In this document: positions 12,905 to 24,058 of the stretch, in pieces
Numbering within the stretch: the first letter of the stretch is position 1
How the letters are laid out: each line of letters begins with the position of its first letter
Source: Candidatus Methylopumilus sp.
Lineage (GTDB): Bacteria; Pseudomonadota; Gammaproteobacteria; Burkholderiales; Methylophilaceae
Assembly: GCA_040401435.1 (NCBI GenBank)
Contig: JBBAON010000005.1
Coordinates: 9,310 to 73,309 of the forward strand
Length of the DNA stretch: 64,000 nucleotides
Direction: 5' to 3'
Made by a program: the position numbers and the translations under genes
Notes under the pieces: generated by a model
What the model was told of the DNA's origin: nothing
Databases searched by the model: none
What the model saw: only the letters and a program-made list of their open reading frames with translations

Positions 12905-14272
12905 ATGAGTACAAAAAATCTAAACATTGTGATTCTTGCCGCGGGTAAGGGCACGCGTATGCAGTCGGCCATGCCAAAGGTATTACACCGTCTAGCCGGT
13001 AAGACATTGTTACAACATGTGATTGATCAAGCGAGCCAACTAAACCCTAATAAGGTAGTGGTGGTTTACGGTTATGGCGGTGATGCAGTTCCTAACGCGT
13101 TTGCGTGCGAAACAATCACATGGGTTGAGCAAAAAGAACAGTTAGGCACTGGACATGCGGTTTTACAGGCTGTTTCCCATTTACATGACGACGGCAAATC
13201 GCTTATTTTGTTGGGTGACGTACCCCTACTTGATCCAAAAAGCTGTTTAGCGTTGCTTGATAAAACTGAAGCCCTTGGCCTATTAACGGTAAGCAAGCTA
13301 AATCCGGCGGGCTATGGCCGCATTGTAAGAAACCCACAGCAACAGATCCTTGCGATCGTTGAGCATAAGGATGCTACGCAGGAGCAAAGAGATATTACAG
13401 AGGTGAACACAGGCATCATGGCTGTGAGTAATACGCAATTGAAGACTTGGTTATCAAAGCTCAGCAATAATAATGCCCAAGGCGAGTATTACCTCACTGA
13501 CATCGTGGCGATGGCGGTCAATGATGGCTTAAATGTGGCGGCTGAAATTACCTATGATGAATCATCAGTCGAGGGTGTGAATTCGAAGGCTGACCTTGCG
13601 AACTTGGAGCGTCTTTACCAGACCCGCAATGCCGCTTTGCTCATGCAGGTCGGTGCAACGTTAGCCGACCCAAACAGGATCGATGTGCGTGGCAGCTTAA
13701 CTGTTGGCAAAGAGGTTGAGATCGATGTTGGCTGCGTTTTCGAGGGAAACGTAATATTGGCGGACGGCGTGAAAGTTGGTCCTTACTGCGTCATCAAGGA
13801 CAGCAGTATTGGTGCGGGTAGTGTGATCGCAGCCTTTACCCATATTGACCAAGCTCGCGTGGATGCTAACTGCAGGTTGGGTCCCTACGCACGACTTCGC
13901 CCTGGGGCAGAGATTGCTGATGCGGCCCACGTTGGTAACTTTGTTGAGATTAAAAAAAGTCAGGTCGGTGTTAACTCCAAGATCAACCATCTGAGCTATG
14001 TAGGCGATGCTACCATCGGTAAGAATGTGAACATTGGTGCTGGTACGATCACCTGTAACTACGACGGCGTAAATAAATATAAAACAGTCATTGAAGATGA
14101 CGTGTTTATTGGGTCTGATACGCAGCTAGTCGCGCCTGTCGTCATTGGTGAGGGTGCTACAATTGCAGCGGGATCTACCATTACGAAGAATGCGCCGGCG
14201 GGTCAGCTCACCTTCTGTAGAGCGAAAGATCAGAAGAGCATCCCCGGCTGGAAGCGCCCAGTTAAAAAATAA
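12905..14272 (+). CDS. glmU: Bifunctional GlcNAc-1-P uridyltransferase / GlcN-1-P acetyltransferase
   Basis: LAAGKGTRM, GEYYLTD, hexapeptide repeats, NHLSYVGDA, CNYDG. Confidence 0.98.
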   Translation: MSTKNLNIVILAAGKGTRMQSAMPKVLHRLAGKTLLQHVIDQASQLNPNKVVVVYGYGGDAVPNAFACETITWVEQKEQLGTGHAVLQAVSHLHDDGKSLILLGDVPLLDPKSCLALLDKTEALGLLTVSKLNPAGYGRIVRNPQQQILAIVEHKDATQEQRDITEVNTGIMAVSNTQLKTWLSKLSNNNAQGEYYLTDIVAMAVNDGLNVAAEITYDESSVEGVNSKADLANLERLYQTRNAALLMQVGATLADPNRIDVRGSLTVGKEVEIDVGCVFEGNVILADGVKVGPYCVIKDSSIGAGSVIAAFTHIDQARVDANCRLGPYARLRPGAEIADAAHVGNFVEIKKSQVGVNSKINHLSYVGDATIGKNVNIGAGTITCNYDGVNKYKTVIEDDVFIGSDTQLVAPVVIGEGATIAAGSTITKNAPAGQLTFCRAKDQKSIPGWKRPVKK

Positions 14273-14297
14273 TTAAAGAATTATCAGAAAGAAAACT

Positions 14298-16130
14298 ATG
14301 TGTGGCATCGTCGGCGCTATTGCTAAAAGAAACATCGTCTCAACCCTTATTGAGGGCCTCAGCCGTTTAGAGTATCGCGGTTATGACTCCGCTGGGATTG
14401 CCGTGCTCAAGGGACAGTCCATCGAGCGCGTGCGCGCGGTTGGACGAGTTGCGGCGATGACCGACAAGGCTAGCGAGGTTCAATTAAACGGCGAAATCGG
14501 TATCGGACACACCCGCTGGGCAACCCACGGCGGTGTGACGGAAAGTAATGCCCATCCCCACGTATCAAAGGGTGAAATCGCAGTTGTCCATAACGGTATC
14601 ATTGAGAACCATGACGAGCAACGTGATCGCCTTGCTAAACTAGGCTATGTGTTCGAGTCACAGACCGATACGGAGGTAATTGCCCACCTCATCCACTACT
14701 ACCACAACCAAGGTTTAGCGCTCCTCGCTGCGACACAAAAAGCGGTGACCGAGTTAACTGGTGCATTTGCTATTAGCGTGATTTCTGTGAAAGAGCCGAA
14801 CGCGATGATTACTGCGCGCTTTGGATGTCCACTCCTAGTTGGCCTTGGTGAGGGTGAGAACTTTATCGCATCAGACGTCTCTGCAGTGCTCTCCGTTACT
14901 CGTAAGGTAATGTATTTAGAGGATGGTGACGTCGCAGAAATTCGTCGTGACGGCGTCACGGTCTTCGGTGCGGATGGTAAAATAGCGACGCGTCAAATTC
15001 ACATGAGCGATGTATCATTGGCGTCAATGGAGCTCGGTCCTTATGCACACTTCATGCAGAAAGAAATCCACGAGCAACCACGCGCACTCACCGATACCAT
15101 CGAGGCGCTGATCGATGATAACAAGTTCTCCCCCGCGCTTTTTGGCGACGGCGCAGAAGAAATTTTTAATCAAATCGATAGTATTCTCATCTTGGCAGCG
15201 GGCACCAGCTATTACGCAGCCTTAACGGCAAAGTATTGGATTGAGGATATCGCCAAGCTCCCAACCAGCGTAGAGATTGCCAGCGAGTATCGCTACCGGA
15301 AGTCCGTGCCAAATCCTAAGCAGTTAATTATCACCATCTCACAATCTGGTGAGACACTCGATACGATGGAGGCGCTCAAGCACGCGAAGTCATTAGGCCA
15401 GAACCTAACACTGTCAATTTGTAATGTGCAGGAAAGTGCAATTCCTCGCGCATCAGCGCTTGTCTTCTACACCCGTGCAGGCTCTGAGATTGGTGTCGCA
15501 TCAACCAAGGCGTTTACGACACAGCTAGTGGCCTTGTTTACCTTGGCGGCAACGCTCGCGAAGCAGCGCGACTTGCTCAATAAGTCTCAAGAGCAAGAAT
15601 ATCTTAATGCGCTCCGTCAGCTGGCAGTGAGTATTCAGCATGCGCTGAACTTGGAGCCACAAATTCGTGAGTGGGCAAAGTCCTTTGCGAATAAACACCA
15701 TGCGCTATTCTTGGGTCGCGGCATTCACTATCCAATCGCGTTGGAGGGTGCATTAAAGCTCAAGGAGATCTCATATATTCATGCCGAGGCCTACCCTGCT
15801 GGCGAGCTAAAGCATGGGCCACTGGCGCTTGTAGATAGTGATATGCCAATCGTCGCAATCGCACCAAATGACGCACTGCTGGAGAAGGTGAAATCAAACA
15901 TGCAAGAGGTGGCAGCCCGGGGTGGTCAACTTTTTGTTTTTGCAGATGCTGACAGCCATTTCGCCGAGAGTGAAGGTGTTCACGTTATTCGTACCCCTCG
16001 TCATGTGGGTGTACTTTCTCCAATTTTGCATACGATCCCTGTTCAGCTTCTTGCCTATCATGCCGCCTTACTTAAGGGGACGGATGTTGATAAGCCACGC
16101 AATCTTGCGAAATCAGTCACCGTCGAATAA
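14298..16130 (+). CDS. glmS: Glutamine-fructose-6-phosphate aminotransferase
   Basis: [15 protein letters not shown]-terminal [11 protein letters not shown]. Confidence 0.98.
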   Translation: MCGIVGAIAKRNIVSTLIEGLSRLEYRGYDSAGIAVLKGQSIERVRAVGRVAAMTDKASEVQLNGEIGIGHTRWATHGGVTESNAHPHVSKGEIAVVHNGIIENHDEQRDRLAKLGYVFESQTDTEVIAHLIHYYHNQGLALLAATQKAVTELTGAFAISVISVKEPNAMITARFGCPLLVGLGEGENFIASDVSAVLSVTRKVMYLEDGDVAEIRRDGVTVFGADGKIATRQIHMSDVSLASMELGPYAHFMQKEIHEQPRALTDTIEALIDDNKFSPALFGDGAEEIFNQIDSILILAAGTSYYAALTAKYWIEDIAKLPTSVEIASEYRYRKSVPNPKQLIITISQSGETLDTMEALKHAKSLGQNLTLSICNVQESAIPRASALVFYTRAGSEIGVASTKAFTTQLVALFTLAATLAKQRDLLNKSQEQEYLNALRQLAVSIQHALNLEPQIREWAKSFANKHHALFLGRGIHYPIALEGALKLKEISYIHAEAYPAGELKHGPLALVDSDMPIVAIAPNDALLEKVKSNMQEVAARGGQLFVFADADSHFAESEGVHVIRTPRHVGVLSPILHTIPVQLLAYHAALLKGTDVDKPRNLAKSVTVE

Positions 16131-16161
16131 ACATGAGTTTGATCAAAAAAATGTAACAGAA

Positions 16162-16806
16162 TTAATTTTTGTGAGCGCTTCCTTGGCTAGGTAATTGCCA
16201 CTTGAATTGAATTGCAAGCCATCTTAATAAAGTAGTAAAGCTGGCGGATAGCAATAAAGTTAACCATTGAGGCAAGTTCAACGCTGATAATCCGATGAGA
16301 ACCCAGCTGCCTAAAAATGCTAATACCGCATAAGGCTGGTGATCATTAAAAGCTTTAGGAATCTCGTTACAGCAAATATCTCTGAGTACCCCACCAAATA
16401 CCGCGGTCATCATACCCATGAGCGCCGCAACAATCGCTGGCATTCCCAGCTCCAAAGCGACCTGCGTCCCTAATGCAGTAAATAAGCCAAGTCCAAGCGC
16501 ATCTGGAATTTGAATCGCTTTTTCGGTGAGGACGATATGACGCTCTCGCATAAAAAGCATTGCAAGAAGACAGACAGCAATCAAATACCATAGCCAAGTT
16601 GAATGACTGACCCAAAAGAAAGGCCGCCTATCTAATAAAATATCTCTGAGCGTACCGCCACCAAAGGCTGAAACGCCGCTTACGATGCATAAGCCAACAA
16701 GATCCATGCGTTTTTTAATGCCTGCGATGAGGCCAGAGAGCGCAAAAGCAAAAGTTGCAATGATCTCTATGCTGAACTGAATGGCGTGCAATGAGATATT
16801 AAACAT
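16162..16806 (-). CDS. Trimeric intracellular cation channel (TRIC/UPF0126) family membrane protein
   Basis: Duplicated AFALSG..GGGTLRD / DALGLGLF..GGVLRD motifs; start moved to ATG 16806 (TAATG coupling with upstream SDR). Confidence 0.88.
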   Translation of the reverse strand: MFNISLHAIQFSIEIIATFAFALSGLIAGIKKRMDLVGLCIVSGVSAFGGGTLRDILLDRRPFFWVSHSTWLWYLIAVCLLAMLFMRERHIVLTEKAIQIPDALGLGLFTALGTQVALELGMPAIVAALMGMMTAVFGGVLRDICCNEIPKAFNDHQPYAVLAFLGSWVLIGLSALNLPQWLTLLLSASFTTLLRWLAIQFKWQLPSQGSAHKN

Positions 16807-17582
16807 TACAGCCAATCCCAATTCGCGTGTTCTTTTCGTGGTGCATTCTTCATCATGAAGTCCCAAAGCCAGGGCGGCAATAAGCGCATGACTCTTGCTA
16901 GCAAGCCCATCTGCCATGGGATGACGATAAATCGTTTTTTCTTAGCAATCGCTTGTGCAAATTTCTCGGCTGCAACATCTGGCGCCATTAAAAATGGCAT
17001 GGGATATTCGTTAATATCCGTCATTGGGGTTTTGATATAGCCAGGCGCAATGGTGGTAACGTTAATACCATCGAGGCTGAGTTCAACCCGTAAGCTTTCT
17101 AGGTAGGCAATGACAGCTGCCTTGGATGCGCTGTAAGCACCAGCACCTGGTAGTCCTCTAATGCCAGCCACGCTGGCAATCCCGACCAAACTCCCTTTTC
17201 CAGCTTGCTTCATAGGCACAATGAATGGTTGAAAGGTGTGGACCATTCCAAGCAAGTTGATATCAATCACGCCTTTGAAGGTGTTGATATCCTCTTTGTT
17301 TTCAGTAAGTGTGCCAGCACTAACACCAGCATTTGCAATCACAATATCTGGGGGACCAAAGTGTGCAATAAAGTCTAAGGCGGCTTGTTCTAGCGCACCT
17401 AAATCTCGAACATCAAGGGCGTAAGTAACGGTCTTTGTTGGGAGTGCGTCTTGCAGGGAGATGAGGAGATCCTTGCGCCTTGCAACGAGGCCAACAATGG
17501 CGCCCTCTTTGGCATAATGCTCCGCAAGTGCTTGGCCTATGCCGCTTGAGGCGCCAGTGATAAATACTTTGAGTTGAGACAC
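16806..17582 (-). CDS. Short-chain dehydrogenase/reductase
   Basis: TGASSGIG, NAG, YSASK. Confidence 0.92.
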   Translation of the reverse strand: MSQLKVFITGASSGIGQALAEHYAKEGAIVGLVARRKDLLISLQDALPTKTVTYALDVRDLGALEQAALDFIAHFGPPDIVIANAGVSAGTLTENKEDINTFKGVIDINLLGMVHTFQPFIVPMKQAGKGSLVGIASVAGIRGLPGAGAYSASKAAVIAYLESLRVELSLDGINVTTIAPGYIKTPMTDINEYPMPFLMAPDVAAEKFAQAIAKKKRFIVIPWQMGLLARVMRLLPPWLWDFMMKNAPRKEHANWDWL

Positions 17583-17598
17583 GGCGTTGTGTCTTTAC

Positions 17599-18234
17599 TT
17601 ATTTTTTAGTAGCTTTATCTTTACGGACATTTTCGATGATGTAGTTTGCAGTGTTTAATACCTCTTGATTACCACCTGCCATCGTGACAGAAGTAATGTA
17701 TTTGCCGTCAATAATTAATGCAGGAACACCGGTTGCACCAGAGGCGCGGAAAATTTGTGCGGCTTGATTAATCTTTGTATTTAATGAAAAAGAGTTGAAC
17801 TCCGTTTCAACTTTTTTACGATCCAGACCGCTTTCTTTAATGAGCCAATCAATCGTTGCTTTTTCATCATTTGGCAAAAAAGCTTTCTGTTTATGTAACG
17901 CTTCAAAAAGTTTGCTATGTAATTTTTCTGATAAGCCTAACGCTTCCATAACATAAAATGCTTTAGCCATTGGCGCCCAATCAGGACGCGGTAATCCAGG
18001 AACACGTTTAAAAGTAACGTCTTTAGGAAGCGATTTTACCCAAGCGCTAAGCTGAGGTTCCAGCACGTAGCAATGTGGACATCCGTACCAAAATAATTCA
18101 GTGACTTCAATTTTTGATGGGTTGTCTGTAGACATCACTTGCGCTGTTTGTGCAAATTCAGTTCCATTTTGTGGCGTACCTGCCATCACCGTTGTCGAAA
18201 CCAGCAACATGAGTGCGGTCATTAGTTTTTTCAT
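17599..18234 (-). CDS. dsbA: Thiol:disulfide interchange protein DsbA
   Basis: Signal peptide, FWYGCPHC, GVPAL cis-Pro loop. Confidence 0.93.
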   Translation of the reverse strand: MKKLMTALMLLVSTTVMAGTPQNGTEFAQTAQVMSTDNPSKIEVTELFWYGCPHCYVLEPQLSAWVKSLPKDVTFKRVPGLPRPDWAPMAKAFYVMEALGLSEKLHSKLFEALHKQKAFLPNDEKATIDWLIKESGLDRKKVETEFNSFSLNTKINQAAQIFRASGATGVPALIIDGKYITSVTMAGGNQEVLNTANYIIENVRKDKATKK

Positions 18235-18328
18235 GTTTTTATCCTTAATTAATAATATTGAAAACTTAATCTTAGTGCTTTATTAACGCATTAAGTTTAA
18301 ATCTGCTGACAAATGATGATAGATCGCC

Positions 18329-18904
18329 TTATTGCTGAGCACTTGTATTAACTCTAATTAGATCTGGTTTAAAGCCATTATCTAATAAATCGCTTCTGGT
18401 TTTAGTGAGTTGTGAGGGCTCTGAATATGGCCCAACGCGTACGCGGTGTAATACACCTTTATCTGCAGTGGTGGCCGTTTGAATAATTGCTTCTAAGCCA
18501 AGTAAAGCTAATTTTGCCTTAACATTATCAGCTTCCTGTTCAGTTTTAAATGCACCGACTTGAAGAAAGTAAGTTTCTTTAGCTTGTGCAATACCTTCCA
18601 ACTGTTTAATTTCTTGCTCAGTCACTTTAGATTCGTTACCCGGCAGAATGTTGTAATACTCAAAACGATCTTTGGCTGGCACTTCATCCGCTTGATCATC
18701 TTTTTTAATTTCAATTGGATTACCTGATTCCACGATAACGGCAGATTCTGTTTTTGCACTAAAGGGGCTTTCACCGCCTTTGATGTAAACAGTAAATGCC
18801 AGTGCAATCCCAATCCCAACGAGTAAGCCTACAATTAACCCATTTAAGAATGGATTCGGTTTTCTCTCAGGTTTCGGGGCTGCTGGTTTGTAGTCTCTGC
18901 TCAT
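18329..18904 (-). CDS. SPOR-domain membrane protein (FtsN-like)
   Basis: MSRDYK N-terminus, one TM, FEYYNILP, LQVGAF...RVRVGP; argS-SPOR-dsbA synteny. Confidence 0.85.
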   Translation of the reverse strand: MSRDYKPAAPKPERKPNPFLNGLIVGLLVGIGIALAFTVYIKGGESPFSAKTESAVIVESGNPIEIKKDDQADEVPAKDRFEYYNILPGNESKVTEQEIKQLEGIAQAKETYFLQVGAFKTEQEADNVKAKLALLGLEAIIQTATTADKGVLHRVRVGPYSEPSQLTKTRSDLLDNGFKPDLIRVNTSAQQ

Positions 18905-18943
18905 GTTGATATCCAGTAAATGACGTGTTTGAATCAAAAATTC

Positions 18944-20614
18944 TTACATCTTATTCGGCGCGCTCACGCCTAACAATTGTAGGCCATTTTTTAATACTTG
19001 TTGCGTTGCGCTTATGAGCGCCAAGCGGGCTAATTTAGTTGTTTCATCATCAACCAAGATCTTATGCTCATTGTAGAAGCTGTGAAGGTCGCTCGCCAAG
19101 TCTTTTAGGTAGTTTGCAATCGTGTGCGGCGCTAAATCAGCAGCTGAATTCTCCACCACCTCAGGGAACTCCCCTAGGCGTTGCATCAGCGCGGCATCAT
19201 GCGCACTATTGAGCGGGCTTAAATTAACCTTTGGTAAGTTCGAAGCATCGCCAGCCCATTGTGCCAATACACTGCAAATCCGGGCATGGGCATACTGAAT
19301 GTAGTAAATAGGGTTATCATTGCTTTGCGCTCGCGCTAAATCGATATCAAAAATAAGTTGTGAGTCTGCACGGCGAGCGGCTAAGAAAAAACGCGTTGCA
19401 TCGCAGCCAACCTCTTCAATCAAATCGCGAAGCGTGACATAGCTGCCCGCACGTTTTGATAATTTCACTTCTTCACCACCGCGCATGACTGTAACCATTT
19501 GGTGCAACACGTAATCAGGCCAGCCTTCTGGGATGCCAACGTTTAACGCTTGTAAGCCAGCGCGCACCCGGGTAATGGTGCTGTGGTGGTCTGCGCCCTG
19601 CTCGTTAATCACACGATCAAAACCCCGGTGCCACTTGTCTAGGTGGTAAGCCACGTCAGGTACAAAGTAAGTATAGCCGCCTTCTGTTTTACGCATCACA
19701 CGGTCTTTGTCATCGCCAAAGTCTGTGGTTTTTAGCCAAAGTGCATCGTCTTGCTCGTAGGTGTGCTCGCTCGCAATTAAACTTTGCACAGTGCTTTCAA
19801 CTTTACCGTCGGTATAAAGCGCAGATTCCAACGAGAACACATCAAATTTAATTTGAAACGCTTTGAGGTCAAGATCCTGCTCTCGGCGGAGGTAGGCGAC
19901 AGAGAAAGCGCGAATGGATTCGGCATTCCCCACATCACCCGTGGCGGTCACCGACATATCATCAGCAATCACGGTTTCTTTATTAAGGTAGGCCTTTGCA
20001 ACGTCAGTAATATAATCACCGCGGTAACCCGCTTCAGGCCAATCGCCGCTCTCTGGGCTCACGCCCTTGCAACGAAGCTGAACAGAAAGCGTGAGATTAT
20101 CAATCTGCGCCCCCGCGTCGTTGTAGTAAAATTCACGTGTCACTGCCCAGCCATTCGCATTGAGCAAGCGAGCCAGGCAGTCACCAACTGCCGCGCCGCG
20201 GCCATGCCCCACATGAAGTGGGCCCGTTGGGTTTGCTGAAACAAATTCGACTTGAACTTTGCGGTTCTGGCCGATGGTGTTGTGACCAAATTTTTCGCCC
20301 TGCGCTGCAATTAAACCGATCACGGCTTGTTTAGCATTTGCACCTAGGTAGAAGTTGATAAAACCGGCGCCTGCGGTCTCAACTTTATCAACATAAGCAG
20401 AAGTTGGAAGGGTTTCGATTAAGCGCTCTGCAATCGCGCGTGGGTTTTGGCGAAGTGGTTTTGCCAGTAACATGGCCAAGTTCGTTGAGAAGTCGCCGTG
20501 GTCTTTATTTTTTGGGCGTTCAAGATGAATCGCTAAATTAGACGCGTCAAAATCAGCATTTTGCGTTAAGCTTTTTGCGGCTTCGGCTAGTAATTCGGTA
20601 AGATGTGCTTTCAA
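18944..20614 (-). CDS. argS: Arginine-tRNA ligase
   Basis: [33 protein letters not shown]; TTG start. Confidence 0.98.
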   Translation of the reverse strand: MKAHLTELLAEAAKSLTQNADFDASNLAIHLERPKNKDHGDFSTNLAMLLAKPLRQNPRAIAERLIETLPTSAYVDKVETAGAGFINFYLGANAKQAVIGLIAAQGEKFGHNTIGQNRKVQVEFVSANPTGPLHVGHGRGAAVGDCLARLLNANGWAVTREFYYNDAGAQIDNLTLSVQLRCKGVSPESGDWPEAGYRGDYITDVAKAYLNKETVIADDMSVTATGDVGNAESIRAFSVAYLRREQDLDLKAFQIKFDVFSLESALYTDGKVESTVQSLIASEHTYEQDDALWLKTTDFGDDKDRVMRKTEGGYTYFVPDVAYHLDKWHRGFDRVINEQGADHHSTITRVRAGLQALNVGIPEGWPDYVLHQMVTVMRGGEEVKLSKRAGSYVTLRDLIEEVGCDATRFFLAARRADSQLIFDIDLARAQSNDNPIYYIQYAHARICSVLAQWAGDASNLPKVNLSPLNSAHDAALMQRLGEFPEVVENSAADLAPHTIANYLKDLASDLHSFYNEHKILVDDETTKLARLALISATQQVLKNGLQLLGVSAPNKM

Positions 20615-20710
20615 GGCAGAATATCTAAGAGGTATAAAAGGTGTATTTTAACTCATTGAGTGCTTGCGCTCATCTCCTATTCGATTTTATCTAGTGTTTA
20701 CCTAGCGTTA

Positions 20711-22903
20711 ATGCAAAAAAACATCCTTCAAATTGCACTAGACGTCCCATTAGACCGACTTTTCGATTATCTCGATGGAGGGTTTAACGTACAAGTGGGT
20801 CAGCGCGTCGTTGTGCCTTTCGGCGCACGTAAGATCGTTGGCGTTGTTGTAGGCATTTCGGATAAGAGTGAATTTGCTGTTGAGAAATTGAAATCAATCA
20901 CCCAAGTTTTCGAGGGCGAACAACTTCTCGATGCGGATACCTTCGGGCTCCTGCGATTCTGCGCTGATTACTATCAGTACCCATTTGGTCAGGCGCTTTT
21001 AGCGAGCTTGCCAACTAGGCTCAGACAAATTGAACCTGCTGTTTCTAGGAAACAGTTTTCATACGCGCTCAGTCATGAAGGCAAAAAGGCGAACATCGAT
21101 GAAATTCCGGCACGCCAGGCAATCCAGCGCAAGGTCTTTACAGCCCTCTTAGGTGGAGCGCTCACCGAGTCCGCCCTTAAAGAAATCTCAGCCGGATGGC
21201 GACCCGCCGTCGAGGCGTTCCGAGAAAAGGGTTGGATTACTGCTGAGCAGGTATTAGCAGGGTTTAAATCGAGCAATGAGCCCTTTCCTCCACCGCAACT
21301 TAATGAAGAGCAAACCTTCGCGGTGAGTCAGGTGATTGAAGCTACAAAGACCTTCAAGCCGTTTTTATTGCATGGCATTACGGGGAGTGGTAAGACCGAG
21401 GTTTATATGCAGATTCTGCAGCAAATCTTGACCGGTGAGCATAGCCAATCTTTGGTACTTGTCCCCGAAATTAATCTGACGCCGCAGCTGGAAGCGCGTT
21501 TCAGAAACAGGCTTCCACACTTTCCTTTGGTCACTCTGCACAGTAATCTAAGCGAGAGCGAGCGCTTACAAAATTGGCGATTAGCTCAATCAGGACAGGC
21601 CAAAATTATCATTGGTACACGCCTCGCCGTATTCACGCCCATCCCAAATTTAAAGGTCGTTCTGGTGGATGAAGAGCACGACGGCTCTTATAAGCAGCAG
21701 GATAGCATGCGCTACCATGCCCGTGACGTCGCCATGGTTCGAGCGCAGCGTCACAAAGTGCCCATCGTCATGGGGAGTGCAACCCCAGCACTTGAAACTT
21801 GGCAGAACGCTCAAACAAGTAAATATACCTTGCTGAGTCTAAATAGTCGTGCCGTTGCTAAGTCAGCTTTACCCAATATTCGATGTCTTGATACCACTAA
21901 ACTTGAAGCCACGAATGGGCTTACTCCCGTGCTTGTTAATGCAATGCGCGAGCGTTTAGAACGCGGTGAGCAGAGCCTGTTATTTATTAATCGACGTGGC
22001 TACTCGCCGGTATTGCTCTGCAGTGCCTGTCATTGGATTGCGCCGTGCATGCGTTGCAGTAGTCGCTTGGTAGTGCATCTCAAGCAGGGCAGATTGCGCT
22101 GTCATCACTGTGGCCATGAACAAAAAATGGTGCGCCAGTGCCCAAGCTGTGGCAACCCGGATTTGCATCCAACCGGTCATGGCACGCAGCGTTTAGAGGA
22201 GACCTTAAAGCAGTTGTTTCCTCATGCTAGCATTCAGCGTGTAGACCGGGACAGCACAAGTCGTAAAGAAGCGCTTAACGATATTTTGACTGCCGTGCAC
22301 GCGAATGAAATTGATATTCTCATTGGCACCCAGATGCTGGCGAAGGGACACGACTTTCCCAACCTCACCTTGGTTGGGGTAATTGATACAGATAGCGCAT
22401 TATTTAGCCCCGATTTCAGAGCGGCTGAGCGTTTGTTTGCACAGCTTATGCAGGTTTCTGGTCGCGCAGGTCGTGCCGAAAAGCCGGGAGAGGTGCTCAT
22501 CCAAACAGCCTTTCCAAGCCATCATCTATTTAACGCATTGCGTAGCCAAGACTATCCAGCGTATGCGCAATCCCTATTACAAGAACGTGAGATGGCCCAG
22601 TTCCCGCCCTTCTGTTACCTAGCTTTATTGCGCGCAGAGGCGAGCAACTACCGAGACGTAGAGATATTTCTAAATTTTGCATTTGAGCTTGCGCGTCGTT
22701 TGAGTCAGCAGGTCTTAACTTACGATCCAATGCGTGCGCAGATGGAAAAACTAAAGGGAATGGAGCGCGGACAGATCCTCATGCAAGCCAGCCAGCGTGG
22801 CGCCTTGCAGAAACTTCTTGCCGCACTAACGCCGCAACTACGTGCAAGTAAATTGGCAGCGAAGGTGCGCTGGAGTGTGGACGTAGATCCGATGGAGTTC
22901 TAG
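20711..22903 (+). CDS. priA: Primosomal protein N' helicase
   Basis: GITGSGKTE, DEEH, four CxxC pairs, QVSGRAGR; start moved to ATG 20711. Confidence 0.97.
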   Translation: MQKNILQIALDVPLDRLFDYLDGGFNVQVGQRVVVPFGARKIVGVVVGISDKSEFAVEKLKSITQVFEGEQLLDADTFGLLRFCADYYQYPFGQALLASLPTRLRQIEPAVSRKQFSYALSHEGKKANIDEIPARQAIQRKVFTALLGGALTESALKEISAGWRPAVEAFREKGWITAEQVLAGFKSSNEPFPPPQLNEEQTFAVSQVIEATKTFKPFLLHGITGSGKTEVYMQILQQILTGEHSQSLVLVPEINLTPQLEARFRNRLPHFPLVTLHSNLSESERLQNWRLAQSGQAKIIIGTRLAVFTPIPNLKVVLVDEEHDGSYKQQDSMRYHARDVAMVRAQRHKVPIVMGSATPALETWQNAQTSKYTLLSLNSRAVAKSALPNIRCLDTTKLEATNGLTPVLVNAMRERLERGEQSLLFINRRGYSPVLLCSACHWIAPCMRCSSRLVVHLKQGRLRCHHCGHEQKMVRQCPSCGNPDLHPTGHGTQRLEETLKQLFPHASIQRVDRDSTSRKEALNDILTAVHANEIDILIGTQMLAKGHDFPNLTLVGVIDTDSALFSPDFRAAERLFAQLMQVSGRAGRAEKPGEVLIQTAFPSHHLFNALRSQDYPAYAQSLLQEREMAQFPPFCYLALLRAEASNYRDVEIFLNFAFELARRLSQQVLTYDPMRAQMEKLKGMERGQILMQASQRGALQKLLAALTPQLRASKLAAKVRWSVDVDPMEF

Positions 22904-22920
22904 GAATTCATCCGACTTAA

Positions 22921-23988
22921 TTAAGACTGGTGGTACTGCGGACTATGTTCGCGTACCGCTGATAAGAACGCGGCCGCGTTCTCTGGTGGCGTCCACTGCG
23001 TAATGCCATGACCTAGATTGAATATGTGACCATGACCCTTGCCGTAACTCGCTAAGATTGTCGCGACCTCTTTTTCAATGGCCTCTGGGGTCGAGAGCAG
23101 AATAGCAGGATCCATGTTGCCCTGAAGTGCGACCTTATTGCCAACACGTTGACGAGCTTCGCCGATGCTGACTGTCCAATCTAAACCTAAGGCATCTGCA
23201 CCGATTGCCGCTTGGGCCTCAAGCCATAGTGCGCCACCCTTGGTAAATACAATGCATGGTACCTTCTTGCCCTCAGCCGTTTTGGTGAGACCGTTCACGA
23301 TTTTTTGCATGTAGTCGAGTGAGAACGCTTGGTAGGCGCTGTGTGAAAGCGCGCCGCCCCATGAGTCGAAAATCATCACAGCCTGAGCACCCGCTGCGAT
23401 CTGCGCATTGAGATATAAAATCACCGTTTGCGCGGTTGTTTCTAGGATGTGATGTAACAAATCCGGACGTGTGTAAGCCATCTTCTTGATGGTGAGGAAA
23501 TCCGTACCGCCCTTACCCTCAACCATGTAGGTAGAAAGTGTCCAAGGACTTCCAGAGAAGCCGATCAGTGGCAGGCGACCGTCTAATGTTTTACGAATTT
23601 GGCTGACCGCGTCGAACACATATTGCAGCTTCGACATGTCTGGTACTTCAAGCTTTTTGATATCCGCTTCTTGTTGTAATGTGCGCTCAAATTTTGGGCC
23701 TTCGCCCTCCTCAAAATAAAGACCCAAGCCCATCGCATCTGGCACAGTTAAAATGTCAGAAAAAAATATCGATGCATCGAGTAATGGATAGCGATCTAGT
23801 GGCTGAATTGTGACCTCTGTGGCGAAATCAGGGTTTTTGCAAAGCTGTAAAAAGCTGCCCGCCGTTTTACGACTTTCACGATACTCAGGTAAATAGCGTC
23901 CAGCTTGGCGCATCATCCAAACAGGAGTGTACGCTGTTGGCTCACGCATCAAGGCTTTTAGAAAAGTATCGTTTTTTAATGTCGTCAT
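22921..23988 (-). CDS. hemE: Uroporphyrinogen decarboxylase
   Basis: [22 protein letters not shown]; start moved to ATG 23988. Confidence 0.97.
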   Translation of the reverse strand: MTTLKNDTFLKALMREPTAYTPVWMMRQAGRYLPEYRESRKTAGSFLQLCKNPDFATEVTIQPLDRYPLLDASIFFSDILTVPDAMGLGLYFEEGEGPKFERTLQQEADIKKLEVPDMSKLQYVFDAVSQIRKTLDGRLPLIGFSGSPWTLSTYMVEGKGGTDFLTIKKMAYTRPDLLHHILETTAQTVILYLNAQIAAGAQAVMIFDSWGGALSHSAYQAFSLDYMQKIVNGLTKTAEGKKVPCIVFTKGGALWLEAQAAIGADALGLDWTVSIGEARQRVGNKVALQGNMDPAILLSTPEAIEKEVATILASYGKGHGHIFNLGHGITQWTPPENAAAFLSAVREHSPQYHQS

Positions 23989-24020
23989 TTTGCTATCTAT
24001 ATCTGAATACTTCAGTGATG

Positions 24021-24050
24021 AAAAAAGGGTGCCTAGCACCCTTTTCTTTT
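24021..24050 (-). terminator. Intrinsic terminator after gltD
   Basis: AAAAGGGTGC-CTA-GCACCCTTTT with A/T tracts on both sides. Confidence 0.82.
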
Positions 24051-24058
24051 ACGCTAAA

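Noticed and set aside
16095-16161. attTn7 target at the glmS 3' end
   Set aside because: Site is empty: the next gene ends 31 bp away, with no Tn7 ends or tns genes.
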